Below, piece by piece: positions 42,615 to 51,943 of a stretch of 64,000 nt of DNA (positions within the stretch are counted from its first letter, which is position 1; the number at the start of each line of letters is the position of its first letter). The position numbers were made by a program, and so were the translations under genes. Source of the stretch: an uncultured Spirochaetota bacterium (lineage in GTDB: Bacteria; Spirochaetota; Spirochaetia; SZUA-6; CAVTHK01); NCBI GenBank assembly GCA_963734495.1, contig CAVTHK010000007.1, forward strand, positions 288,001-352,000. The letters are read 5' to 3'. The notes below the pieces were generated by a model. It searched no databases. It saw only the letters and a list, made by a program, of their open reading frames with translations, and was not told the origin of the DNA.

Positions 42615-44483
42615 CTAGACCCCCATCCGGTTGATGACCGTGTCGAGCAGCGTGTCCCACTGCGCGATAAAGCGCGCCGCGGCGTTGAAGCCGTGCTGGA
42701 TCTTGACCATGTTGGCCATTTCCTCGTCGAGGTTCACGCCCGAGACGGAGCTCTTCATGTCGTTGAGCTCCTTCATCACGAGGTTCTGCGTTTGCAGCGC
42801 CTGGTCCGCCTGCTCTCCCTTGAGCCCGATCTGCGCCACGGCGGCTGCGAAGAAGTCGTCGAACGTCGCGATGTCGCCGCCCAGCACCCGCGTGGTGCGT
42901 AGCTGCGCGACGGCGAGCGCGGCCGCCCCGTCGCCCGGCCCGCCCAGGGTCTCGTCGAAGGAGGTGGCCACGCGGCCCGGGTCCGCGGCCAGGACCGGGT
43001 TGATCGTGATCCACCCGGCCGGGTGCGCGACCGGCGCGACCGCAAACACGGCGCCCGGCGCCAGCTGCGCGGTCGCCCCCGCCTGCCCTCCGTCGTAAGC
43101 GCCGGCCGCTCCGGGCGCCCGCAGGAGCCCCGCGTAGCCGGTGAGGAACTCGCCATCGTCCTGGATCGTGCGCAGCACGAAGTCCGGGTTGGCGGCGTCC
43201 GCCGCCGTCGTCGCCCGTATGGTGAGGGCGCCTTCGCGGTTCAGGCGCGCCGTCACCTCGGCGCCGGATCGGTTGATGCGCTCGATCAGGTCCCCGACGG
43301 TGTCCGTCGGAAAGTACTCCACGCGCACCGGGTCGATCGGGCCGGCCATCGTGAGGGTGCCCCGAAGCCCGATCTGCGCCTTGGGATCGAGGGCGTTCGC
43401 GCCGGTCAGGCGGAAGAGGCGGGTCGAATCGAACGCGCCGTCGCCGTTCGCGTCGTAGTTGCCGAGCGGGTTGTCGACAAAGGGCTGCTCGACGAAGAAA
43501 TCGAGGCCCCTCTGCCGCGTCGTGCCGTAGCCGCTGCGGTGGATCTCGTTGACCAGGTCGACGAGGTTGATGGTCATGGTGTCGAGCTTCTGGATCTCGT
43601 CGCGGACGTCACCGTCCCGCATCTCGATGAGAGCGGCGACCTTGCCCCCGCGAAAGAACATCTCGCGCTGGCCGCCCGCCCAGAGGATCCGCGAGTACCC
43701 CTCGTTCCGGTTGTCGGGCACGGTCGCGAGCTCCTCGAAGTGCTTGCCCTGCACCAGGTGGTAGCCGCCGCTGTACACGGTGTACTCGTCCGGGTCGCGG
43801 TCGTCGACCGTGATGTCGATCAGGGTCGAGAGCCGGTTGATGAGGAGGTCGCGCCGGTCCATGTAGTCGTTGGGGTTGTCGCCCATCGCCTTGACCTTGA
43901 GGATCTGGTCGTTGAGGGCGGCGATCTGCTTGGTGAGGTCGTTGACCTGCTTGACCGAGCCGACGACGTCGTCGTCGAGCATGTTGCGGATGCCCTTGAA
44001 GCGCTCGAACCGCGCGTGGATCGCGTCGATGAGGGTCTCGCCGCGCTGCAGCACGGCCTCGCGCGCGCCGGCCTCGTTCGGCCTCACCGAGAGCTCCTGC
44101 CAGCTCTCCCAGAAGTGGTCCAGCATCGTGCGGACCGAGTGCTCGGTGGGCTCGTTGTGGACCTGCTCCACCATCTGAATGTACTTGTCCCGCGACTCCC
44201 AGTAGCCCTGGCCGTTCGCCTCGGCCACGATCCGCTGCTCCAGCAGCATGTCCTTGATCCTTTCGATGCGCTCGGCCTGCATGCCCTGGCCGAGCTGCCC
44301 GGCCCTCTCGGCGCGGTTCAAGGCGGGGTCGTAGATGGGCGGGAACGGCTCCATCTCGACCCGCTGCCGGCTGTAGCCCTCCACGTCGGCGTTGCTGACG
44401 TTGTGGCCCACCGTGTCCATGGCGAGCGTGTGCCCGATGAGGCTCCGCTTGCCGATCTCTATCCCGCCAAAGGTCGAGCCCAT
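42615..44483 (-). CDS. flgK: flagellar hook-associated protein FlgK
   Basis: GHNVSNADVEGYSRQRV, SVSGVNLDEEMANM. Confidence 0.95.
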   Translation of the reverse strand: MGSTFGGIEIGKRSLIGHTLAMDTVGHNVSNADVEGYSRQRVEMEPFPPIYDPALNRAERAGQLGQGMQAERIERIKDMLLEQRIVAEANGQGYWESRDKYIQMVEQVHNEPTEHSVRTMLDHFWESWQELSVRPNEAGAREAVLQRGETLIDAIHARFERFKGIRNMLDDDVVGSVKQVNDLTKQIAALNDQILKVKAMGDNPNDYMDRRDLLINRLSTLIDITVDDRDPDEYTVYSGGYHLVQGKHFEELATVPDNRNEGYSRILWAGGQREMFFRGGKVAALIEMRDGDVRDEIQKLDTMTINLVDLVNEIHRSGYGTTRQRGLDFFVEQPFVDNPLGNYDANGDGAFDSTRLFRLTGANALDPKAQIGLRGTLTMAGPIDPVRVEYFPTDTVGDLIERINRSGAEVTARLNREGALTIRATTAADAANPDFVLRTIQDDGEFLTGYAGLLRAPGAAGAYDGGQAGATAQLAPGAVFAVAPVAHPAGWITINPVLAADPGRVATSFDETLGGPGDGAAALAVAQLRTTRVLGGDIATFDDFFAAAVAQIGLKGEQADQALQTQNLVMKELNDMKSSVSGVNLDEEMANMVKIQHGFNAAARFIAQWDTLLDTVINRMGV

Positions 44484-44492
44484 GATGCTCTC

Positions 44493-44993
44493 CTACAAGC
44501 TGCGGTTGATCACGACCGGGTCCGCCCCCGCCTCAGCGGGCCGGCCGGCGCGCGAGTAGATCCGCCCCCTGCGGTGGGGGAAGGCCTCGACGAGGATCTG
44601 CTCCACCGATTCCTTGATGTAGCGGAAGTAGTACGCGAGGCTCGACGACAGCGTCCTCACCCGTGCGACGGCGCTCCGCAGCTCCTCGTGGCACGCGGCC
44701 AGGCGGCCGCGCAAAGGCTCGGGGATGCGGGAGACCACCAGGGCGAAGCCGGCGCGGTCGCCGACGCCAAGCTGCTGCTTGAGCTCCTGGAACCGCCGGT
44801 GACGAACCTGCTCCGCGGCCTCGATCTCGCCCGCGAGCCGGTCGAGGTCCGCGAGGGACTGCTCGAGCCTCTGCCAGTCACGCTCCTGCACGACCCGGGT
44901 CAGGCCCGCCTCTTTTTCGGTGAACCGGAGGAAAAGCCCCTTCTCGTCGGCCATGGCGCGCGCGAGCAGAGCCGCCGTAGAATCATGTCCCAT
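44493..44993 (-). CDS. flgN: flagellar export chaperone FlgN
   Basis: helical 166 aa protein directly upstream of flgK with C-terminal IYSRAG...VINRSL. Confidence 0.75.
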   Translation of the reverse strand: MGHDSTAALLARAMADEKGLFLRFTEKEAGLTRVVQERDWQRLEQSLADLDRLAGEIEAAEQVRHRRFQELKQQLGVGDRAGFALVVSRIPEPLRGRLAACHEELRSAVARVRTLSSSLAYYFRYIKESVEQILVEAFPHRRGRIYSRAGRPAEAGADPVVINRSL

Positions 44994-45015
44994 GGGTATA
45001 CACTCCCTGCTCTCA

Positions 45016-45042
45016 TTGTCGGAGGGCGGGAGGGGGGCCTGA
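45016..45042 (-). promoter_or_regulatory. sigma28-like promoter of flgN-flgK-flgL-fliW-csrA
   Basis: TCAGGCCC-N11-TCCGACAA on the minus strand. Confidence 0.55.
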
Positions 45043-45118
45043 AGGTCACGGCGGAGCAGGAGAAGGCTGAAGGGCGCCACGCGGCCGCCGGGCGGCAGGG
45101 GGGCGCGGGCGGGGGACC

Positions 45119-46120
45119 TCAGCAGCGGATCGGCAGAGGCCGGCCGCAGGACGCGCAGCGGCCTTCGCGGAGGCCGACGACCGCGGCCCGGTAGCCGGTG
45201 CGGCGCACCACGACCGCCCCGCAGCCCGGGCACACGGTGTTGGTCTCCCGCGGCCCCGCGTTGCCGACGTAGACCCAGTGCAGCCGGCGCCGCGCCGTCT
45301 CGGCGAGCCGAAGCACCGTCTCCACCGGCGTGGGAGGGATCGCGTAACGGTAGGTGGGGTAGTAGCAGGAGAGATGGTAGGGAATATCCGGGTCGAGGCC
45401 GGCGAGAAAGGCCGCGATCCCGTCGATCTGCGACGGATCGTCGTTCTTCGTCGGGATGACGAGCGTCGTCACCTCCAGGTGGATGCGCGGCGCCGCCTGC
45501 TCGAGGAAGCGGCAGACTTCGCGCAGGTCCCCCCCGATCTCCTCGCCGTAGAACCCGGAGTCCCACCCCTTGAGGTCGATGTTGGCGGCGTCGAGGAGGC
45601 CGAGCAGCTCATCGGCAGGCTCGGGCCGCACGAACCCGTTCGACACCAGGACGTTGGCGAGGCCGCGGCCGCGGGCGAGCCGCGCGGTCTCCAGGACGTA
45701 CTCGAAATGCACCAGCGGCTCGGAGTACGTGTAGGCGATCCCGATCGAGCCCTGCGCCAGCGCCGCCTCGACCAGCTCCCGCGGGCTCATCTCGCGCGTC
45801 GGGGCCCTGTTGGTCTGGCTGATCTCGTGATTCTGGCAGAACGGGCAGCGGAAGTTGCAGCCGACAAAGCCCACCGACAGGATCGCGGACCCGGGATGGA
45901 AGTGGTACAGCGGCTTCTTCTCGATCGGGTCCATCGCGACCGCGGTGACGCGGCCCGCGAACGGGATCTCTCCCCTGCCCCCGCGGTTGGCCCGCACGCG
46001 GCAGCGCCCGTACCCGCCCGGCGCGATCACGCACTCGTGCGGGCAGAGGCGGCAGCGGACGCGATCGCCGCCGGCCGCCTCGAAGAACCGCGGCGCGAGG
46101 CCCGGCTGCTCCCGTTCTAC
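45119..46120 (-). CDS. amrS: AmmeMemoRadiSam-type radical SAM enzyme (start codon unclear)
   Basis: CRLCPHEC...[51 protein letters not shown]. Confidence 0.88.
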   Translation of the reverse strand, partial: VEREQPGLAPRFFEAAGGDRVRCRLCPHECVIAPGGYGRCRVRANRGGRGEIPFAGRVTAVAMDPIEKKPLYHFHPGSAILSVGFVGCNFRCPFCQNHEISQTNRAPTREMSPRELVEAALAQGSIGIAYTYSEPLVHFEYVLETARLARGRGLANVLVSNGFVRPEPADELLGLLDAANIDLKGWDSGFYGEEIGGDLREVCRFLEQAAPRIHLEVTTLVIPTKNDDPSQIDGIAAFLAGLDPDIPYHLSCYYPTYRYAIPPTPVETVLRLAETARRRLHWVYVGNAGPRETNTVCPGCGAVVVRRTGYRAAVVGLREGRCASCGRPLPIRC

Positions 46121-47259
46121 CCCGCGGCTCGTTTGAGCTCCTCCGCCTTGTCGGTGCGCTCCCAGGAGAACCCCGGACGGCCGAAATGGCCGTACACCGA
46201 CGTGGCGCTGAAGATCGGCTTCCGCAGATCGAGGGTCTCGATGATCGCCCGCGGCGTCAGGTCGAACACCTTGCGGACCGCCTGCGCCAGCCGGGAGTCC
46301 GGCAGCTTGCCCGTCCCCATGGTGTCCACGAGCAGCGACACGGGCTCCGCGACGCCGATTGCGTAGGCGACCTGAAGCTCGCAGCGCTCGGCGAGCCCGG
46401 CTGCGACGACGTTCTTGGCCACGTACCGCATCATGTAGGCCGCCGACCGGTCGACCTTGCTCGGGTCCTTGCCCGAGAAGGCCCCGCCCCCGTGCCTCGC
46501 CATGCCGCCGTAGGTGTCCACGATGATCTTGCGGCCCGTGAGGCCGCTGTCGCCGTAGGGTCCACCGACGACGAAGCGTCCCGTGGGGTTGATCAGGTAG
46601 GTCACGTTGCCGGAGAGCAGCCCCGCCGGCAGCGTCTTCTTGATGATCTCCTCGATGAGGCTCTCCTTGAGATCGTCGTAGGTCACCTCCTCGGAATGCT
46701 GGTGCGAGAGGACGACCGTGGCGACCCGCGCGGGCTTCCAGTCGCGGTACTCCACCGTGACCTGGCACTTGCCGTCGGGCCTGAGGAACGGCAGCTTGCC
46801 CTTCTTGCGCACGTCGGCGGCGGTCCGCATGATCTGGTGCGCGAACAGGATCGGCGCCGGCATCAGCTCCGGCGTGTCCTTGCACGCGTAGCCGAACATC
46901 ATCCCCTGGTCGCCCGCGCCCCCGGTGTCCACGCCCTGGGCGATGTCGGGCGACTGGTCGTGGATCGTGCTCAGCACCGCGCAGGATTCGTAGTCGATCC
47001 CGTACGAAGGGTTGTCGTACCCGATGGACTTGAGCACCCCCCGCGCCGTCCGCTGGACGTCGACGTACGACCGCGTCGTGATCTCGCCGCCGACGAGCAC
47101 CATCCCCGTCGTCACGAAGCACTCGCACGCCACGCGCGAGGCCGAGTCGCGGCCGATCGCCTCATCGAGGACGGCGTCCGAGATCTGGTCGCAGATCTTG
47201 TCGGGGTGCCCCTCGCCCACGCTCTCCGATGTGAATATGAAGTCTCCGCCTGCGTTCAA
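46117..47259 (-). CDS. metK: S-adenosylmethionine synthetase
   Basis: [46 protein letters not shown]. Confidence 0.97.
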   Translation of the reverse strand: MNAGGDFIFTSESVGEGHPDKICDQISDAVLDEAIGRDSASRVACECFVTTGMVLVGGEITTRSYVDVQRTARGVLKSIGYDNPSYGIDYESCAVLSTIHDQSPDIAQGVDTGGAGDQGMMFGYACKDTPELMPAPILFAHQIMRTAADVRKKGKLPFLRPDGKCQVTVEYRDWKPARVATVVLSHQHSEEVTYDDLKESLIEEIIKKTLPAGLLSGNVTYLINPTGRFVVGGPYGDSGLTGRKIIVDTYGGMARHGGGAFSGKDPSKVDRSAAYMMRYVAKNVVAAGLAERCELQVAYAIGVAEPVSLLVDTMGTGKLPDSRLAQAVRKVFDLTPRAIIETLDLRKPIFSATSVYGHFGRPGFSWERTDKAEELKRAAG

Positions 47260-47296
47260 GACGTCCTCCCGTCCTTATACAATCTCGCGGGCCGCC

Positions 47297-47650
47297 TCAG
47301 CGCCCGCCGTGCAGCGTAAAGTCCTGGATCGTGTCGGCCACGACGAACGGCTCGTAGCGCAGCCCGAGGGAGCCCTTCCTCACCCAGAGCCGCACCATGG
47401 GGAGCGTCTCGCCCCCCTCGGTCACGAGGCTCGGGAGCTCGTCGACGTGCGCCACATCCTGCAGCCTGAACTCGTAGAACATCGTCTGCGCGCTGAAGGG
47501 ATCGCAGATGAGGATCAGCTTGTCGGCGTCGTACGGGTGCTTGCGCGGCGCGCCGGTGAAGCCGACGTTGTCCGCGGCGCGGCCCCCGCGCGCCGAGTAG
47601 CGCGCCACCTCGTGCAGCGGCTCCGTGCCCAGGTACTTGCGGATGCTCAC
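47297..47650 (-). CDS. small hypothetical protein
   Basis: GTG start overlapping the pfk stop; GAPRKHPYD..KLILICDPF...FYEF...YEPFVV. Confidence 0.75.
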   Translation of the reverse strand: MSIRKYLGTEPLHEVARYSARGGRAADNVGFTGAPRKHPYDADKLILICDPFSAQTMFYEFRLQDVAHVDELPSLVTEGGETLPMVRLWVRKGSLGLRYEPFVVADTIQDFTLHGGR

Positions 47651-49038
47651 TCGCCGGCCCTCGCCTTCCGTTTCGCGGGCAGCCCGCGCCCCTCGCCCGC
47701 GCCGGCGCGCATCTTTGCCGGCTGCCCGGTGGCGAACAGCACGTTCAGCCACAGCGGGTCCTCGGGCGAAAGCGTGTTGCGCTTGGAGATCGCCAGCTTG
47801 AGGGGCACGTGCGTGAAGAAGTCGTTCCAGCTTCCCACCAGCATGCCCGTCTTGCCCGCCAGGGCGGCATGAGCCGCGTTCTGCGCGAGCTGGATGCAGT
47901 AGATCGCGTCGTGGGCGTTCGCCGGCGCGGCGCGCACCATGTAGCTCGGGTCGATGTACTTGAGGCTCACGCGGTGGCCTGTGCTCCTGAAGTGCTCGAT
48001 GAGGGCGTCGCGGAGAAAGACGCCGATGTCGGCCAGGACCGGGTTGCCGGAGGGGTCGCGGCGGGCGAGATCGCAGTTGAGGTGCTCCTGTCCTGCGCCT
48101 TCCGCCACGGCGATGACCGCGTGGTTCTTGCGCTGGAACCGGCGCTCGAGAGCGGCGAAGAGGCCGTCCGGCCCCTCGAGGTCGAAGGGCACCTCGGGGA
48201 TGAGGACGAAATTCACCTCGTTGAGGGCCAGGGCCGCGTTCGCGGCGATGAACCCGGAAAGCCGGCCCATGACCTTGACCAGGCCGAGGCCGTACGGGGC
48301 GCCTTTCGCCTCTACGTGCGCGGAGCGGATCGCCTGCCCCGCGATGGAAAACGCGGTCTCCAGGCCGAAGGTTTTCTGGACGTAGGCAATGTCGTTGTCG
48401 ATCGTCTTGGGGACCCCGACGACCGCGATCTTGAGGCCGCGCCTCGTGACCTCCTCGTAGATCTCGTGGGCGGCCCGCAGCGTGCCGTCACCGCCGATGG
48501 TGAACAGCATCGAGATGTTCATCCTCTCCAGGCAGTCGACGATGTCTTCGGTCGACTGCTCGCCCCGCGACGAAGCGAGCACGCTTCCGCCCTGCTCGTG
48601 GATCTCGTCGACCACGTCGGGATCGAGCATCACGGGCTCGTGGCCGTAGCGCGGGACGAACCCCTCGAAGCCGTAAGGGATGCCGAAGATCGTCCGCACG
48701 TCGTAGGCGAGGAACAGCGTGCGCACCAGCTCGCGGATGACGTTGTTGATCCCGGGACAGAGGCCGCCGCAGGTCACGATCGCGGCGCGCGCTTTCGACG
48801 GGTCGAAGTAGATCCTGCCGCGGGGGCCGGCCTTCTCGAACGCGGGAGGGCTCCCGCCCGCCCGCAACTGCGCCGCGATCTGGCCGCGATCGTGCTGCAT
48901 CAGCACGGTGTGGCCGTCCTCGACGTAGTCGGCGAGCGCGTCGCCGAACACCTTTGAGAGGCCGAGCGGCGAGTCGACCCTGGGCTCGCCCAGCGTGGGC
49001 ACGCGAAGAGCTTCGTCTCCGAGGTCCGGAATCACCAT
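47647..49038 (-). CDS. pfkA: ATP-dependent 6-phosphofructokinase (long type)
   Basis: TCGGLCPGINNVIR, IGGDGT (ATP-type Gly), PKTIDND, MGRLSG, YIDPSYMVR. Confidence 0.9.
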   Translation of the reverse strand: MVIPDLGDEALRVPTLGEPRVDSPLGLSKVFGDALADYVEDGHTVLMQHDRGQIAAQLRAGGSPPAFEKAGPRGRIYFDPSKARAAIVTCGGLCPGINNVIRELVRTLFLAYDVRTIFGIPYGFEGFVPRYGHEPVMLDPDVVDEIHEQGGSVLASSRGEQSTEDIVDCLERMNISMLFTIGGDGTLRAAHEIYEEVTRRGLKIAVVGVPKTIDNDIAYVQKTFGLETAFSIAGQAIRSAHVEAKGAPYGLGLVKVMGRLSGFIAANAALALNEVNFVLIPEVPFDLEGPDGLFAALERRFQRKNHAVIAVAEGAGQEHLNCDLARRDPSGNPVLADIGVFLRDALIEHFRSTGHRVSLKYIDPSYMVRAAPANAHDAIYCIQLAQNAAHAALAGKTGMLVGSWNDFFTHVPLKLAISKRNTLSPEDPLWLNVLFATGQPAKMRAGAGEGRGLPAKRKARAGE

Positions 49039-49094
49039 GAGCCCATTGCGGCCCCTCGACGGGCCTCCCCCCCTCTGGCGGCGTATGGTGCGCG

Positions 49095-49123
49095 ATTCTA
49101 GGAAAATCCACAGCCGGTGTCAA
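49095..49123 (-). promoter_or_regulatory. sigma70-type promoter of pfk-metK unit
   Basis: TTGACA-N17-TAGAAT on the minus strand. Confidence 0.7.
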
Positions 49124-49204
49124 GTTTAATCAAGTTTGCCCCGTTCCGCGAAGCGCCGCCGGCCGTGCTATCATGCGGTCTCGACTGCGAGGAGGAGGCG
49201 CTCG

Positions 49205-49894
49205 ATGGCAGTGAGCAAAAAGACGCTCGACATCTTCAGGTCGGTGCGGACCTCGGACGTCACGGATGCGCTCGACTCCATGGGCCTGCAGCAGCGTTAC
49301 GAGATGGACCCGGCGATGCGTCCCCTGTTCGCCGGCATCCGCTTCGCGGGGATCGCGCACACCGCCGAGTACCGCGCGATCGACAGGCCGCTCCGCGCGA
49401 TGACGTACGAGGAGTTCGACGAGCTGCAGTACAAGCGCGGACCCGAGGGCCTGTGGCACGAGGCCGGCGTCTGGGGCGCGCCCGACGAAGTCCTCGTGAT
49501 CGACGCGAAGCGGACCCGCGCCGGGATCCTCGGCTCCAACAACACGCTCGGCGGGCGGGCCCGGGGCGTCCTCGGCTTCGTGATCGACGGCACCTGCCGC
49601 GATTCCGGCGAGTGCATCGTCCAGAAGACCCCGGTCTTCTCCACCGTCCGATCGCCGGCGCACCCGATGGGGCGCATCGGCGCGGTGACGGACAGCCAGC
49701 CGATCGTCTGCGCCGGGGTGGTCGTGCGGCCGGGCGACGTAGTCATCGCCGACGACGACGGCGTGGTCGTGGTGCCGCAGGAGATCGCCGACGAAGCGGC
49801 GCGGCGCGCGCATCTGATCCAGGCCAAGGACCGCCCAGGCCGCAGGGCCGGCTACGAGGCGCTCGGCCTGCCGCTCGACGACACGGTCGGATAG
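49205..49894 (+). CDS. RraA family protein (HMG/CHA aldolase-like)
   Basis: SDVTDALD, FVIDGTCRD, VRPGDVVIADDDGVVVVP. Confidence 0.87.
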   Translation: MAVSKKTLDIFRSVRTSDVTDALDSMGLQQRYEMDPAMRPLFAGIRFAGIAHTAEYRAIDRPLRAMTYEEFDELQYKRGPEGLWHEAGVWGAPDEVLVIDAKRTRAGILGSNNTLGGRARGVLGFVIDGTCRDSGECIVQKTPVFSTVRSPAHPMGRIGAVTDSQPIVCAGVVVRPGDVVIADDDGVVVVPQEIADEAARRAHLIQAKDRPGRRAGYEALGLPLDDTVG

Positions 49895-49948
49895 CCGCCG
49901 CCGATCCGGGGCCGCCGCTGGACAGCGGGCAAACGGGTGCGTTATGAT

Positions 49949-49962
49949 CGCGTTATAACGCG
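49949..49962. promoter_or_regulatory. palindromic putative operator upstream of gntR
   Basis: perfect 14-bp palindrome CGCGTTATAACGCG directly after a TATGAT -10-like box. Confidence 0.5.
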
Positions 49963-50013
49963 GCGCCGGTCCCGGACAGACAAAAATTGAAGGCGCGTGC
50001 GCCGGTCAACTCG

Positions 50014-50655
50014 ATGGTGAAAAGCGACACGCAGACAGCGACTGAACGCGCGTACGTCGCGATCAGGGACGCCATCCTCGAATGCTCCCTGCAGCCGAGC
50101 ACGCGATTGACGGTGCGCGCGATGGCGGAGCTGACCGGCGTCAGCGTCATCCCCGTCATCCAGGCGCTCCACCGGCTCGAAGAGGAAGGGCTGATCGAGA
50201 CCTTCCCGCGCTGGGGCTCGCGGGTCATCACGCTGGACAACGAAACGATCCGGGACCGCTACCTGCTGCGCGAGGCCGTGGAGTGCCAGGTCGCGCGCAT
50301 CCTCGCGACGAGCCACTCCGCGGACCAGGCCGAGCAGCTCACGCGCATGGCGGTGCGCCTCGACGAGCTCGTTGCCGCGCGGGACCTGGAGGCGGAATTC
50401 CTCGCCAAGGACCACGAGATCCATTCGAAGATGGCCGAGTTCACGGGGAGCAAATCGCTGATGCGCGCCCTCGCGCGCATCAACCTCTTCCGCCTGATGC
50501 AGAAGACGCGCGAGCACATCATCCTCAGGCGCGTCGGGCTGCCGAACGACCTCCACGGCCGGCTCGTCCGCGCCATCCTCGCCAGCGACCCCGACGCCGC
50601 GGAGAAACAGATGCGGGAGCACATCTTCCAGCCCGGGGTGGGCGTGCACCGATAG
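50014..50655 (+). CDS. GntR/FadR (FCD) family transcriptional regulator
   Basis: wHTH AYVAIRDAI...GVSVIPVIQALHRLEEEGLI; FCD-like C-terminus LREAVE...DHEIH...AAEKQMREHI. Confidence 0.88.
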   Translation: MVKSDTQTATERAYVAIRDAILECSLQPSTRLTVRAMAELTGVSVIPVIQALHRLEEEGLIETFPRWGSRVITLDNETIRDRYLLREAVECQVARILATSHSADQAEQLTRMAVRLDELVAARDLEAEFLAKDHEIHSKMAEFTGSKSLMRALARINLFRLMQKTREHIILRRVGLPNDLHGRLVRAILASDPDAAEKQMREHIFQPGVGVHR

Positions 50656-50671
50656 GGCGGGCGCGCCCGCC

Positions 50672-51910
50672 TCAGAAGGGGCGCAGGCGGCCCGCCTCGT
50701 CGAACGCCGGTGAGGCGGTCGCGTCCACGCGCGAGACGTTCGGCCGCGATCCCATCACGCGCCACAGCGGCTCGGACGCCTGGAACTCGCCGATGGCGAG
50801 CGTGTTGCGGACGCGCAGGACGCGCAGGTCCTCCAGCTCCACGGGCCCGCAGGCGCGGATCGCCCACTCGTAGGCCTCACGGTCCGTCGGCGCCACCAGG
50901 GGCATCTTGCCCCGCTCGAGGAACGTGCTGGTGATCACGTTCTGGGCGACGGAGGCGAGGTCCACCTTCTCGTAGAGCCGCCGCGTGATGACGTCGGCGA
51001 GCCCCATCCCGAGCGCGTTGCCGTGCGAAGCCTCCGTGAGGTCGCAGACGACGATTGCCTTGATCCGGGGCGACTCCGGCTCCGGGTCCCCCTTGATGTA
51101 GATGCGGCCGATGATGTTCGTGTCCAGCCCGGTCCCGCTCACGTCCTTGCCGAGCTCGTCGACGATGAGGATGTCGATGTCGTCGGCGGGCAGGCGCGGC
51201 ATGAGGCCGCGCGCCGCCGCGAGCAGGGCGCGGTCGGCGTCGATGAGCTCGCGCGGCCGGGCGGCGCGCACCTCCGCCAGGTCGTGGCGCGCGTTCTCGA
51301 CGAGCCCGACGCCCAGCAGGATGTTGCCGTCGGCCAGCACCCGGCGCGCGACCAGCGGGATGAACTCGCGCAGCCCGCGCGTGCCGTGCCGGTGCACCTC
51401 GAGGGCCTGGGCGTGCTTGCCCAGGCCGATCACGGCCATCTTGACCAGCCCGCTCTCGTGCTCGCCGTGGTAGTCGGTGTGGGGCTTCACGCGGTTGACG
51501 AGGATCGTGCCGCGCGCCTCCGACGCGAGCCGGTCCATGAAGACGCGGCACGGCGCGTCGCCGCGCGGGAGCTCGACGACCTCCATCGAGGAGCGGATGG
51601 GCGCGCCGACTTCGGCCTCCGTGATGCCGTAGCTGGCGAGCACCTCGCGCTGGCCTTCGGCGGTGGCGCCCCCGTGGCTCCCCATGGCCGGGATCACGAA
51701 GGGCTCGCCCCCGCGCTCCCGCACGGCGGCGACCGTCGCGCGCACGACTTCCTGCAGCCGGGCGATGCCGCGGCTTCCGACCGCGATCGCGATCGGGTCG
51801 CCCCTGCCTATGGCGGGGTTGCAGCGCGCGATCTCCTCGCGCACGCGCGAGGCCACGTCGACGATATGTTCCGAGGGGAAGGACTGCCTTCCCCGGATCA
51901 GTCGCAGCAT
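50672..51910 (-). CDS. lactate racemase (LarA) N-terminal-like / DUF2088 family protein
   Basis: AIAVGSRGI, PAMGSHGGAT, NRVKPHTDY, ESGLVKM..IGLGKH, GKDVSGTGLDTNIIGR. Confidence 0.8.
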   Translation of the reverse strand: MLRLIRGRQSFPSEHIVDVASRVREEIARCNPAIGRGDPIAIAVGSRGIARLQEVVRATVAAVRERGGEPFVIPAMGSHGGATAEGQREVLASYGITEAEVGAPIRSSMEVVELPRGDAPCRVFMDRLASEARGTILVNRVKPHTDYHGEHESGLVKMAVIGLGKHAQALEVHRHGTRGLREFIPLVARRVLADGNILLGVGLVENARHDLAEVRAARPRELIDADRALLAAARGLMPRLPADDIDILIVDELGKDVSGTGLDTNIIGRIYIKGDPEPESPRIKAIVVCDLTEASHGNALGMGLADVITRRLYEKVDLASVAQNVITSTFLERGKMPLVAPTDREAYEWAIRACGPVELEDLRVLRVRNTLAIGEFQASEPLWRVMGSRPNVSRVDATASPAFDEAGRLRPF

Positions 51911-51943
51911 GCCGCTATCTTGAGCCGGAAAGGCGCCCCGCTG

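Noticed and set aside
47647-49038. PPi-dependent phosphofructokinase
   Set aside because: The motif is GGDG, not GGDD, which indicates ATP use.
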